DNA of 59,544 nt from a virus (taxonomy: Duplodnaviria; Caudoviricetes). The notes below the pieces were generated by a model. That model made no database searches, was not told where the DNA came from, and saw only the letters and a list, made by a program, of their open reading frames with translations. Below, piece after piece: positions 1 to 8,250 of this stretch; the stretch's first letter is position 1; every line of letters starts with the position of its first letter. The stretch covers positions 1 to 59,544 of IMG/VR virus record IMGVR_UViG_3300030397_000318; one strand, given 5' to 3'. The position numbers and the translations under genes are program-made.

Positions 1-4
1 CCAG

Positions 5-220
5 TCACGATCTGGCAGGGTACGTGGCTATTGTGCCCATCTCTATTGTCATTTTCTTCGAACTAGAGAGAGTTTTCCGCCTGCGTTGATTCTCTTTGAT
101 TTCCTCGGTGACATCCGTCATGGACTTCGACACACCGGTGTTGTCAGGAAGTCCTTTCGCCCACGGGATTTGCTTGTTCTTGCTCTGGCGGGCGTACCAT
201 TTGATGGGTGCGTCGGGCAT
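5..220 (-). CDS. hypothetical protein downstream of terL
   Basis: ORF 5..304; likely start ATG at 220 (MPDAPIKW), 2 nt after the terL stop. Confidence 0.55.
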   Translation of the reverse strand: MPDAPIKWYARQSKNKQIPWAKGLPDNTGVSKSMTDVTEEIKENQRRRKTLSSSKKMTIEMGTIATYPARS

Positions 221-222
221 CG

Positions 223-2799
223 CTATCTCCGGCGGCGTTTTCGCTCGTAACCACGAACTACTTTGTGCTGATTTAGCTGCGCGGATTGTGCATGACGCCG
301 CCATATTTGTCCATGCGTCAAATGTTTCGAGCCGTAGGCAAACGCCATAATGATGGAGTCGGCAAGGTCTGGCGACCGGCCAAGACGGGTTTTGATTTCG
401 GACTTGGGTTCGATGCGGATGCCTTGCTTCGTCATCTCATAGCGACTCGCAACCAACTCGGCCAGTAGCTCTCGGTCGGGCGGAAGTGCGATATCGGAAC
501 CGCCGGGTTGATCTGGATCAAGTGCCTCTCGGAACTTCCAATAGGCCTCGGCACGCTTGTTGTAGAACCCCAGAAGTCGATCTGCGGTACGCGCGGCAGA
601 GCTTTCCTGTCCCTTGAAGCCGTGGCACGTAAATTGGTTGGCTCTCAGGTGTTCATAGGTCGCGCCGCCATAACCACCGCCCATGTCGACGATGATCTCG
701 GCTTGGTTCTTCCGGTACTTCATGACCAGAGCCGCCACGTCGGCACCGGAGCGGGTGTCCTTTCCCGGCACCTGGAGTGGGCGCGCGAACCAGTTACCGT
801 ACCGAGGGGCCAAGACGGTGCGATCCTTGCCGCCCTGGGCCACGTCTACGCCAATGGCGCACATCGGGACATCCATGGGCGGGCGCTGATGCCAGCGCTG
901 CTGGGCTTGGAGTACCCAGTTGGTCGGGATTACCTGCCATTCATCGTCGTCATGGGAAATCATCCAGTTCCCATCACGGACGGCAGATCTTAACGGTTCC
1001 GGGAGCGAATCCAGTTTCGCATCATATCCCGTACCCGTGAGAAAAGGGTTATCCGTGAGGCGGGCGGGGATGAATGTTCTCGATAGAGGTTTGACGTATC
1101 GTGGAAGACCGTCTTGGTCATGTCCCATTTGTACGGGTTCCGGACCATCCACCTCCTGATCCTCGCCTTCTTCATCTGACACATACCATCGTAGCTCTCC
1201 AGGTTCGGCAGGGTTGGGGTGGTGGGGGTCTAGCCACGGCTCAAACATCTTCATGAGCCATTGGCCTTCGGAGGGTTTCTCCGGAGGATTAGTTGCTAGA
1301 ATGATTCGGCATCGCTGGCCCGGTTCGGTTGAGCGATTCCATCCGGAAAGGAATCGGAATTGAGATTCGAGGAATTGAGATGCCTCATCTAGACAATTCT
1401 GATTGATAAATCCACCTTGGGTGATATAATGATTCTCCCCATCCACTTCGATATCGTAAAGGTCGACAACACCCAATGACTCGTAAGAGAATTTCGAAGA
1501 AAAGACAGACTCACTCGCTCGACGTTCATCCATCGTATAAGGGTGGGCGTACCATATGTTACGGAAAGTACGTTTGGGAGTTTGTTCCCGGCCATCATCT
1601 TGCGAACCAGTGGGGATGGGCGGCGCAACACAGGCTGATTGGTGAAGATATAGCCGGGCGTCCCTTAGAATCTTACGAGTGCGTCCATCACAGGGATCAC
1701 GACCCCCTGAACAACGATCCATCGAATCTCCAGATAATGACCAAATCGGCCCATCACTCTCTGCATTCTCGGAAATATAACGAGGATAAGTGGCTGGAGA
1801 GAGGGATAACTGCTGAAGCCGTAGAAGAAGCTCTTGAGGGGCGAACGATAAAAGAAGCCGCCGAGTCTCTTGGAATAACCCATATGACCCTGCGGCATCG
1901 ATTCCCCGAACAAGTCGCGCCAAGGAAACGGAAATCTCCGACACGAGCCGACGACCCGGAACTTGTGGCAATCGTGCGAAAATACGCCGAAAGCGATCAG
2001 CACTCGATGAAAATGCTGTGCGATATGACCGGTGTGTCGCCTCGGACACTGGTGAAGTGTGTGGAGATAAACGATATCCACTGGATACCGAAATCGAAGA
2101 AGGGAATGATCCACCGAACGTATCGTGGGAAACCCACCCAGCGGTGGTTAGAAGCGAATGGGTTGCTGACTGAACCTGAGAACCCCACGGAGTAATAATT
2201 CGGACGGCATCGTCGCGCCTGACCGGATAGATGCGCGTGACGCGCCGAGCGCCCTGGAGCGTCTGGACACGCATACCGACCTTCAAATCTTGGATTGCTA
2301 GATAAGAGCCGTCTCCCATAAGGACGGGAGTGTCGCGTCCGACACACAACAAGTCAAAAGGTTGCCCCTTATAGTGCTCCTCATCGCCGGGGTCTTTCGC
2401 CCCCCCGAAAACAATCCTTCTTCCATCTCGTGTACGCAGTGTCGCTGGAGCGCTCCCATTGAATCCATCACGGCTTCCGTATTGCTTCAGCGTATCCTCG
2501 ATGATGCTCCCCATGTCCGAATATTGCCGCCGGATGAGGAGACAGTTCTTGTGCCGCGTGAGCGCAAGCCCCGTGACCAAGGCGGATTTCCCGCCGCCTG
2601 CTTGGCCCCCATACAACAAAATGTCAGCAGGTGAATTATACGCCTGTTCTTGCGGACCCGGATTCGGTATCCAGCAGTCAGGGACCAGTGCGTAAGCCTG
2701 TTCAGCGACTTTCTGGAGTTCTTCATGTGGAAGATCGTCCAGCTTCCTCTGAATCTCGTCGAGCGTTGGCTCTTTGCTCACCAAGGCTTGGGAGGTCAT
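223..2799 (-). CDS. terL: terminase large subunit, intein-containing
   Basis: PNPGPQ Q-motif, Walker A YGGQAGGGKS, Walker B FDLL|CLDEA split by an intein, ATNP coupling motif, RNase-H-like nuclease motifs IGVDVA and SPDLADS; start taken at MTSQ (2799). Confidence 0.95.
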   Translation of the reverse strand: MTSQALVSKEPTLDEIQRKLDDLPHEELQKVAEQAYALVPDCWIPNPGPQEQAYNSPADILLYGGQAGGGKSALVTGLALTRHKNCLLIRRQYSDMGSIIEDTLKQYGSRDGFNGSAPATLRTRDGRRIVFGGAKDPGDEEHYKGQPFDLLCVGRDTPVLMGDGSYLAIQDLKVGMRVQTLQGARRVTRIYPVRRDDAVRIITPWGSQVQSATHSLLTTAGWVSHDTFGGSFPSSISVSSGYRLSPHTSPVSEATHRSYRTAFSSSADRFRRIFARLPQVPGRRLVSEISVSLARLVRGIDAAGSYGLFQETRRLLLSFAPQELLLRLQQLSLSPATYPRYISENAESDGPIWSLSGDSMDRCSGGRDPCDGRTRKILRDARLYLHQSACVAPPIPTGSQDDGREQTPKRTFRNIWYAHPYTMDERRASESVFSSKFSYESLGVVDLYDIEVDGENHYITQGGFINQNCLDEASQFLESQFRFLSGWNRSTEPGQRCRIILATNPPEKPSEGQWLMKMFEPWLDPHHPNPAEPGELRWYVSDEEGEDQEVDGPEPVQMGHDQDGLPRYVKPLSRTFIPARLTDNPFLTGTGYDAKLDSLPEPLRSAVRDGNWMISHDDDEWQVIPTNWVLQAQQRWHQRPPMDVPMCAIGVDVAQGGKDRTVLAPRYGNWFARPLQVPGKDTRSGADVAALVMKYRKNQAEIIVDMGGGYGGATYEHLRANQFTCHGFKGQESSAARTADRLLGFYNKRAEAYWKFREALDPDQPGGSDIALPPDRELLAELVASRYEMTKQGIRIEPKSEIKTRLGRSPDLADSIIMAFAYGSKHLTHGQIWRRHAQSAQLNQHKVVRGYERKRRRR
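1396..2346 (-). mobile_element. intein (317 aa) in terminase Walker B
   Basis: Block A CVGRDTPVLMGDG, block B SATHSLLT, block F/G VVDLYDIEVDGENHYITQGGFINQN followed by +1 Cys; removal restores FDLLCLDEASQF. Confidence 0.92.
1476..2195 (+). CDS. HNH homing endonuclease encoded antisense within the intein
   Basis: HRLIGEDIAGRPLESYECVHHRDHDPLNNDPSNLQIMTKSAHHSLH HNH motif, followed by HTH-like segments (TIKEAAESLGITHMTL). Confidence 0.88.
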   Translation: MTRKRISKKRQTHSLDVHPSYKGGRTICYGKYVWEFVPGHHLANQWGWAAQHRLIGEDIAGRPLESYECVHHRDHDPLNNDPSNLQIMTKSAHHSLHSRKYNEDKWLERGITAEAVEEALEGRTIKEAAESLGITHMTLRHRFPEQVAPRKRKSPTRADDPELVAIVRKYAESDQHSMKMLCDMTGVSPRTLVKCVEINDIHWIPKSKKGMIHRTYRGKPTQRWLEANGLLTEPENPTE

Positions 2800-3442
2800 T
2801 GCGTATCTTGATCTCGTACAAAGTACTTTCGGGTGCCTTACCCTTATCATACTTTGCCGCAATGGCCTTACAAGAGTCCACATCCTGAAGAGTGGGCAGG
2901 CAGTCGCGTCGTGCCTTCTCCAGATCAGGCTTGGAGCATCGACCTTCCTCGTAGGCAGTCTGACACCATGCGTACCGAGCCAGCCGCCGGGAAAATCTCA
3001 TGAAGAGGTAGACCATCCAGCCGTTGAGCGGGTGGTATTCCGGGCCGCGCTGAAGCTCGTGGCCGAAGCCTACAAGAATGACCGGCCTGGAGCTTTCGTG
3101 CCCGTAGAGTTGCCCCATGCGCGCGTACCACTTCCGAGTGATATCGGTATGGTGCTCGATGTAGCTCTCGCGGTTCGGCTCGTAGGGCTTGGGCTTGTAT
3201 TCCTCGTGAGCGATGTTCGGATTGAAAACAGGTGCCTCGGGTCTGTCGGTATCGAGCCACCCCTTGGCCCTGATCCAAGTACCCGGATGTTTCGCATATT
3301 TTCCGGTGCGTAACACATAGGCGTTGTATACCTCGGCTGCCTCTTTATCTCCCGGCCACTCGGTCTTGGTCTTGTACGCCTTCTCGGCGTTGCCCTTACC
3401 GGTCTTCCACTCAACTAGTTCCCAGAACTTGTCGAAGGGCAT
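2723..3442 (-). CDS. protein with phage replication-initiator C-terminal-like domain
   Basis: FDKFWELVEWKTGKGNAEKAY...YAKHPGTWIRAKGWLD resembles the F..FW..YP.K..K..A...HP.TWL...W.D motif of phage replisome organisers. Confidence 0.55.
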   Translation of the reverse strand: MPFDKFWELVEWKTGKGNAEKAYKTKTEWPGDKEAAEVYNAYVLRTGKYAKHPGTWIRAKGWLDTDRPEAPVFNPNIAHEEYKPKPYEPNRESYIEHHTDITRKWYARMGQLYGHESSRPVILVGFGHELQRGPEYHPLNGWMVYLFMRFSRRLARYAWCQTAYEEGRCSKPDLEKARRDCLPTLQDVDSCKAIAAKYDKGKAPESTLYEIKIRNDLPSLGEQRANARRDSEEAGRSST

Positions 3443-3651
3443 CTAGCTTTCTCCCGATATTCCCACCTCAATCCTCGGATCGGCAATCCGAAATCATCAA
3501 ACGTATTACAGGTGACTGGGCGGCGGCGCACAGGGCACATCCACACGAGACGGCCAACCTTGCCGAGACGAACAGGATACCACGCGAACCAGTCCCGCCA
3601 TGGCAGGGCACGCCCCTCCCATCGGCCAATCCTAGTCTTCGTTGTGTCCAT
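3415..3651 (-). CDS. hypothetical protein (WFAWYPV motif)
   Basis: Co-oriented ORF; WRDWFAWYPVRL motif is common in small phage proteins. Confidence 0.6.
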   Translation of the reverse strand: MDTTKTRIGRWEGRALPWRDWFAWYPVRLGKVGRLVWMCPVRRRPVTCNTFDDFGLPIRGLRWEYREKARCPSTSSGN

Positions 3652-3832
3652 AACCACCCACCATCGGACCATGGAATTCCATGATCAGATCCGGCGTGAT
3701 CTCCAGCCGGATGGATTTGTGGTAAAAACCGCCTTCCGTCTTGTGGGCGGTCTCCTTCTCCTTGAAGTCCAACATCTGGTCTTCCAGGTACTTGTACTGT
3801 TCGTAGGTCAGGTGTGTGTAGATGACTGCCAT
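3632..3832 (-). CDS. hypothetical protein
   Basis: Start overlaps the stop of the upstream ORF. Confidence 0.6.
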   Translation of the reverse strand: MAVIYTHLTYEQYKYLEDQMLDFKEKETAHKTEGGFYHKSIRLEITPDLIMEFHGPMVGGYGHNED

Positions 3833-4242
3833 CAGAATCTATTCCTCAGTCCGAGCTTCTTGCGGAACCGGTCGACGCGCCCCAGCGCGCGCTCATCCTG
3901 TTCACGCTGCAACCTCGCCAGGGTAGCCACCGGGAGGTTCAAGGCAAGGATATTCGGATGGAAGCCATTCACCTTGTATGAGGCCCGATCCCAGTATTCC
4001 TGCTGGGCGGCATCCAACGCACGGCGGATGGCATTCTTGAATAAGCCTCCGGGCGCAATCGAAACCATGGGGGGCATGCGATCCGCCGCATGATCTGCGT
4101 CGAGCGCGCCAGCCAGCCCTACCTTGTCGTACTGCCCCAGAACTGCTTTCGTGGACATATCGACCGCAGCACGTCCACCGGCGACGACACCGACAAGGGA
4201 GCGGAGAAGACTCCTCCGCCCCATTGAGTGAATCCGTGACAT
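3832..4242 (-). CDS. hypothetical protein
   Basis: Translationally coupled ORF; N-terminal RRSLL twin-arginine-like segment. Confidence 0.6.
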   Translation of the reverse strand: MSRIHSMGRRSLLRSLVGVVAGGRAAVDMSTKAVLGQYDKVGLAGALDADHAADRMPPMVSIAPGGLFKNAIRRALDAAQQEYWDRASYKVNGFHPNILALNLPVATLARLQREQDERALGRVDRFRKKLGLRNRF

Positions 4243-4532
4243 TACTCAAGCCTCCAAATCCGGAGGAATCCATTCTCCACGATCCGGGTGGCGAACTTTC
4301 GCTCGTAGCGCCGCCCGAAGTGAGAAACCGCAGAGCGCGCCGACTGGATCTCCATCGGATCGTCGCTCTTCAAGAGGTAAGAATCGCCGACGCTCAAATC
4401 TTGGAAATTATATTTGTTCCTGCGATGGCGGCTCCGGATTTCGTCGAAGGGAACATCCGACGACTTCTCCAAAATAGTTTCCTGGTTGTTTGTCACAGTT
4501 CTCCGTGCCTCAGTTTGCCGAACAGCGCACAC
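4242..4532 (-). CDS. small putative DNA-binding protein
   Basis: KYNFQDLSVGDSY...RKFATR...LRIWR resembles a common phage family; true start may be ~4496. Confidence 0.6.
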   Translation of the reverse strand: MCAVRQTEARRTVTNNQETILEKSSDVPFDEIRSRHRRNKYNFQDLSVGDSYLLKSDDPMEIQSARSAVSHFGRRYERKFATRIVENGFLRIWRLE

Positions 4533-4729
4533 ATCTCCTCCATGTGAGTGCCGATATCGTCAAGAGATTCAGCCATGCGCGTAAGTCGGTCTTTGGAAAC
4601 GTTCTTCGGGTGACCATCGGTCGCCTTAAGCTCTCCATGCAGATCACAGTACGAGGCGTGAATCAGGCTCGTAAGCGTGTAAAGCCGTGTCACCTCGTCC
4701 GAGTCCATGTAGACAACGGGTTCGGTCAT
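4493..4729 (-). CDS. hypothetical protein
   Basis: ATGA-coupled ORF in the same run. Confidence 0.55.
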   Translation of the reverse strand: MTEPVVYMDSDEVTRLYTLTSLIHASYCDLHGELKATDGHPKNVSKDRLTRMAESLDDIGTHMEEMCALFGKLRHGEL

Positions 4730-5031
4730 CGGGTTGCTCTCCGCAGCTTGGTGGTGTCCAAGCGGGTACGCACGGCGTCCAAGGTAACCTTAGATGCACC
4801 GTCCATCTCCATGACCACCAAGGTCGCATCCCGGAGTGCTTCGATCATCTCCAGGGTCGGCACCCGCAGCTTGTCGGTCAGGTACGCGATCAACTCCAAC
4901 GCATGATCCGCGTCGCGCGGCGGTTCGGAGAAGGCGTTCGCCTGGAGTATCACGGCACGCTCCAGGGTATCACCCAGTTCTTCCAGGTGGGTGAGCAACA
5001 TCTCGGTATCGGTAGCTCGTCTGATTTCCAT
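4726..5031 (-). CDS. hypothetical helical protein
   Basis: ORF from MEIRRAT, with a GAGG-like RBS upstream. Confidence 0.55.
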   Translation of the reverse strand: MEIRRATDTEMLLTHLEELGDTLERAVILQANAFSEPPRDADHALELIAYLTDKLRVPTLEMIEALRDATLVVMEMDGASKVTLDAVRTRLDTTKLRRATR

Positions 5032-5032
5032 C

Positions 5033-5263
5033 TCAACGCCTCTCGATTTCCATTTCCATTCGCGTGATGCTGTTGTGCCATGCGGCTGGACTGTCCACCC
5101 CAAGCACGTCCAGAGCGAGACACGCCAGACACAGATCATGCGGACTCTCTTGTAGACGCCGCCGCACGCCAGCCATGGACGGACCACTCAGGTAGTGATC
5201 ATAGATGTCCGTCATGAAGATCGGGTCTTTCGAATTCACGAGGCACTTGCCCTGTGCGTCCAT
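5033..5263 (-). CDS. hypothetical protein
   Basis: GGAGG RBS upstream; follows a TTGAAC-17-TATATA promoter-like sequence at ~5287-5315. Confidence 0.5.
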   Translation of the reverse strand: MDAQGKCLVNSKDPIFMTDIYDHYLSGPSMAGVRRRLQESPHDLCLACLALDVLGVDSPAAWHNSITRMEMEIERR

Positions 5264-5333
5264 CCGTCCATCCTCCGGTTCCGTCCAACACTTTGTTATA
5301 TACGACGGCTGTTTTTATAGTTCAAGGGTTTTT

Positions 5334-5633
5334 TTAATCTTTTTTGTTCTCCTTGTCGTAGGCGTCAAGAATGGCATCAATGTCGCGCGCCTTAACGAGA
5401 GCGTCCGCAATCGGATCGTAGACCATCCCACTTATGAAACGAGGGAGCTTGCGGATACCATCGATCACCGCTTCGGCGCGAGTTAATCGTTCGCGAAGCA
5501 CAACACGATCAGCATCATACCTGTCCTCAATCCCGCGCAGACGCTCGATTTCCGCTTGCAAGACATCAAGATCACTAGCGTCATCCTTATCGCAGCACCA
5601 TTCATCACAACGGGCGCACTTCCACTTAATCAT
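5334..5633 (-). CDS. small mosaic protein (EIERLR family) with CxxC
   Basis: Shares peptide and DNA blocks with 5837..6172. Confidence 0.6.
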   Translation of the reverse strand: MIKWKCARCDEWCCDKDDASDLDVLQAEIERLRGIEDRYDADRVVLRERLTRAEAVIDGIRKLPRFISGMVYDPIADALVKARDIDAILDAYDKENKKD

Positions 5634-5844
5634 CCCTGTTCTCCTTGGTGTAAGCTTCGACGGTTGATTTACGGATCAATCTGATTGTGTTCTGCTCAGC
5701 ATCCAAAGCTTGGCGTAAACGGTCTATTTCCCTTATTGCATCCTCGATACTCTCAGCAATCACCTGCCCAACGGCTTCCGGCGTATCGCCACGGTTAAGC
5801 AGTCGGACAGCGTTCCTCAATCGCTCTACAGTGTCATCAGTCAT
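5626..5844 (-). CDS. small protein (VERLR/EIDRLR family)
   Basis: MTDDTVERLR...AIREIDRLR pattern; overlapping start/stop. Confidence 0.6.
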   Translation of the reverse strand: MTDDTVERLRNAVRLLNRGDTPEAVGQVIAESIEDAIREIDRLRQALDAEQNTIRLIRKSTVEAYTKENRDD

Positions 5845-6172
5845 CGCTGCGCTCCTTGTCGTAGGCGGCGAGGGCGTTACACAACTCTGCCCAAGGCGAC
5901 GCTGCAGATGTCAATCCATTCTCTTTGATGTATGGAGACAGATTGGGGTCTTTAGAGCAGCGGACGTAGTTTCGCGCCGCCTCGATCACCGCTTCGGCGC
6001 GTTTTAGCTTGGCGAGCATTGCGGGCCAATCTTGGCTCTGTTGGTGGTGGTTCAACGTTTCGCGCAGACGCTCGATTTCGTCGCATAGTTCCCTCACGAT
6101 CAGCCCATCATCTGCATGTTTCGGGCGGGGGAACCGTGCCCTGGCTCGCTCTACAATGTCAGTCATCACCAC
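5837..6172 (-). CDS. small mosaic protein (EIERLR family)
   Basis: MTDIVERAR...DEIERLR...RAEAVI...AYDKE. Confidence 0.6.
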   Translation of the reverse strand: MVMTDIVERARARFPRPKHADDGLIVRELCDEIERLRETLNHHQQSQDWPAMLAKLKRAEAVIEAARNYVRCSKDPNLSPYIKENGLTSAASPWAELCNALAAYDKERSDD

Positions 6173-6419
6173 TCCCTAGCGCCTTGAGTGCGGCGCGGGC
6201 CAAATCAATATAAGAAGCATCCGTTAAGTTGCCGAACTCATCAGTTCTGTAGGGCGCTATTTGTATCGCCCGCGCTACCCGCTCTACCACCTCATCATCC
6301 GGTTCGGGGGCGACTGCTAAAGCGGTTTCCCACGCCCACCGGGGATTGTTCCGGTTCGCCTCAATTTCAGCCAGCATCTCACCCGTAGGCTCTACGGGTA
6401 CGAGTTTCCAGGTTGTCAT
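6159..6419 (-). CDS. hypothetical protein
   Basis: WKLVPVEPTGEML and VERVARAI motifs typical of phage accessory proteins. Confidence 0.65.
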   Translation of the reverse strand: MTTWKLVPVEPTGEMLAEIEANRNNPRWAWETALAVAPEPDDEVVERVARAIQIAPYRTDEFGNLTDASYIDLARAALKALGSGDD

Positions 6420-6577
6420 TTCTCCTTCTCCTCCTCATAAGCCCGCTCGATCTGGGCAGCCGCTTTGCCGATCCACGTCGGCGCGTTCTGCACCACATGC
6501 GCGAATGCCCATATAAGGCCGAATCCGATGAATCCCGCGACAACGAAGGCCGCGATCCAGCGAAATAGTGTGATCAT
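6416..6577 (-). CDS. small membrane protein (53 aa)
   Basis: Not in the ORF track; MITLFRWIAAFVVAGFIGFGLIWAF..., ATGA overlaps at both ends. Confidence 0.6.
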   Translation of the reverse strand: MITLFRWIAAFVVAGFIGFGLIWAFAHVVQNAPTWIGKAAAQIERAYEEEKEK

Positions 6578-7050
6578 TTTACCAACCCCTTCCTCTTTCC
6601 AGATCGAATTTCACTCACGTAACTCCGCGAGCATCCAAACTCCCTCGCAATCTGACTCTGGGTACCGACAGCACCGCGAATCCCACGCACCTGCTCGTCA
6701 GTCAGTTTCCGGACACGGGACTTCTTCACACCCCACTCCGGTACCCGCCCCAGATGCCGACCCCGCAAGATCGCATCCCGCGTGTTGTCCGCGTGCGTGC
6801 CTATATAAAGGTGAGCCGGATTCACGCAGGACGGGTTGTCGCAGTGATGCAGGCAGAGCTTCCCAGCCGGGATATCGCCCTTCACCGCTGTCCAATGCGC
6901 CCGATGCATGAGCCACCCATGCCCGAATATCTCCTTGAACCCGTATCCGCCGTTATTCCTGGTTCCGGTCCATTCGAGGCATCCGGTGGATTCCACCACG
7001 GAAGTATTTTCCTCGATTAGCTCCAGTACGCGGGTGGGGAAGTCAGTCAC
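6574..7050 (-). CDS. HNH homing endonuclease with C-terminal HTH
   Basis: CLEWTG..NNGGYG...HRAHW...CLHHCDNPSCVNPAHL..GTHADN; QSQIAREFGCSRSYVSEI. Confidence 0.9.
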   Translation of the reverse strand: MTDFPTRVLELIEENTSVVESTGCLEWTGTRNNGGYGFKEIFGHGWLMHRAHWTAVKGDIPAGKLCLHHCDNPSCVNPAHLYIGTHADNTRDAILRGRHLGRVPEWGVKKSRVRKLTDEQVRGIRGAVGTQSQIAREFGCSRSYVSEIRSGKRKGLVK

Positions 7051-7241
7051 ACCTCCACCTCCACGATCTGATACCCCAGTCGCGCAATGATATGATCCGA
7101 CGCCAAAGCCTCGGCGTCTTCGTGGGTCTCGAATTCCGCCGCTGGAGGATCATCGTCCGGAAACTGACTCAGCACCTCTTCCCGAGCCTCGCGAATGAAG
7201 TCCAGCCGATCACCGGCACGAAATATAATCACATAGGTCAT
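7047..7241 (-). CDS. hypothetical protein
   Basis: ORF from MTYVIIF, coupled to both neighbours. Confidence 0.55.
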   Translation of the reverse strand: MTYVIIFRAGDRLDFIREAREEVLSQFPDDDPPAAEFETHEDAEALASDHIIARLGYQIVEVEV

Positions 7242-7648
7242 CCGTTCTTCTCCCTCCATCTCCTCTGGCGCTCCGCACCCGTCATCGTCCGATTCGGCTT
7301 CCCGCACGTCGGGCAAAATTGCAATTCCGCCGAATCCGCCGAATCCGCCAAATCATGGCTTCCTTCTATATTCGCGCATGTAGGCGTTGTAGCGCTCGCG
7401 GTTCTTTTCTCGCCATCGCCGATTCCACTCAACTTGGCCTCTAGAGCCTGTACTCGACGAATCAGCACCCATATCGACCACCCCATCACCCTCGTGTGCC
7501 ACATCGGGGACGGATCGTCCTCGAACTCCGTTTCCAGAGACTTCAGAAGAGCCCTCATCGCATCCTTTATGTGCTCGTTGTCCTCTTCCAGCAGTTTTCG
7601 GCGCGTGGGCGCATCCTCGTCCACACCACGTCCTTGATCCGCAGACAT
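7238..7648 (-). CDS. hypothetical protein with C-terminal CxxC/MTGAERQRRWR motif
   Basis: AAGGAG RBS; overlaps 7353..7670 in another frame. Confidence 0.55.
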   Translation of the reverse strand: MSADQGRGVDEDAPTRRKLLEEDNEHIKDAMRALLKSLETEFEDDPSPMWHTRVMGWSIWVLIRRVQALEAKLSGIGDGEKRTASATTPTCANIEGSHDLADSADSAELQFCPTCGKPNRTMTGAERQRRWREKNG

Positions 7649-7670
7649 TGCACCACTCCTTAAGCTTCAT
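7353..7670 (-). CDS. hypothetical Cys-rich/basic protein overlapping 7238..7648
   Basis: CNVC..TWC..GC N-terminus; RRWREKNRERYNAYMREYR C-terminus. Confidence 0.4.
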   Translation of the reverse strand: MKLKEWCNVCGSRTWCGRGCAHAPKTAGRGQRAHKGCDEGSSEVSGNGVRGRSVPDVAHEGDGVVDMGADSSSTGSRGQVEWNRRWREKNRERYNAYMREYRRKP

Positions 7671-7683
7671 GGCTGACCGTAAG

Positions 7684-7736
7684 TTAGTAGATTAGTAGGT
7701 TAGTAGATTAGTAGATTAGTAGATTAGTAGGTTAGG
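7684..7736. repeat. tandem repeat (TTAGTAGR) x6.5
   Basis: Six full 8-bp units plus a partial unit read directly from the sequence. Confidence 0.95.
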
Positions 7737-7902
7737 TCAAGGATTTTTTTGAAAAATAATTTTTGTGGGTGATGGTCCCAGGTCCGTCGTCCGGCGCGCG
7801 CCTCGCGCCCCCCCCACCCCGAAATGTGGCGGATTCGTGGCAGAACGTCGCATATTCGCCACAATGAGTGATAATATCGATTATGTGGCCGATTTGTGCG
7901 CG

Positions 7903-8250
7903 CTAAGTGCTTGATATTGTTGTATTATCTGGCGTCACGTCGATTATGGCGTCATTATGGCCAGTGTCAGAAGTAGTTTCCGGGCTTGACCCCATGGCGT
8001 GTACGAGACGGCGTGCTATGTCCCGAGTGTCGGCACCGTTGATGATAAGTGTCTGATTTTCCAGGCCTTTTGCTTCAATCTTCGCAGTCGGTCGACCGAA
8101 CGCATACGCCAGAATCAGTTCGGCGCACTTCATCCGATTGGCTGGCGTCGCATAGCTGGAATTCATGATCCCGCAGAGCACGTTAAACGCCGATTTCGAA
8201 TGACTTCTCGCCAGACTTCCGATTTCCACTGGCGTCTTCTTCCGTGGCAT
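7903..8250 (-). CDS. terS: putative terminase small subunit
   Basis: LARSHSKSAFNVLCGIM...RMKCAELILAYAFGRP resembles helical terS-like proteins of alphaproteobacterial phages; same strand as, and upstream of, terL. Confidence 0.55.
   Translation of the reverse strand: MPRKKTPVEIGSLARSHSKSAFNVLCGIMNSSYATPANRMKCAELILAYAFGRPTAKIEAKGLENQTLIINGADTRDIARRLVHAMGSSPETTSDTGHNDAIIDVTPDNTTISST

Noticed and set aside
1396-2346. Group I intron in terL
   Set aside because: The frame stays open throughout and has intein blocks A, B, F and G with Cys1/Asn/Cys+1
2800-2883. N-terminal extensions in the ORF track (terL from 2883; also legB from 21298 and neuA from 25469)
   Set aside because: They overlap upstream genes and precede the recognisable domain starts
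7684-7736. Mini-CRISPR
   Set aside because: Head-to-tail 8-mers with no spacers
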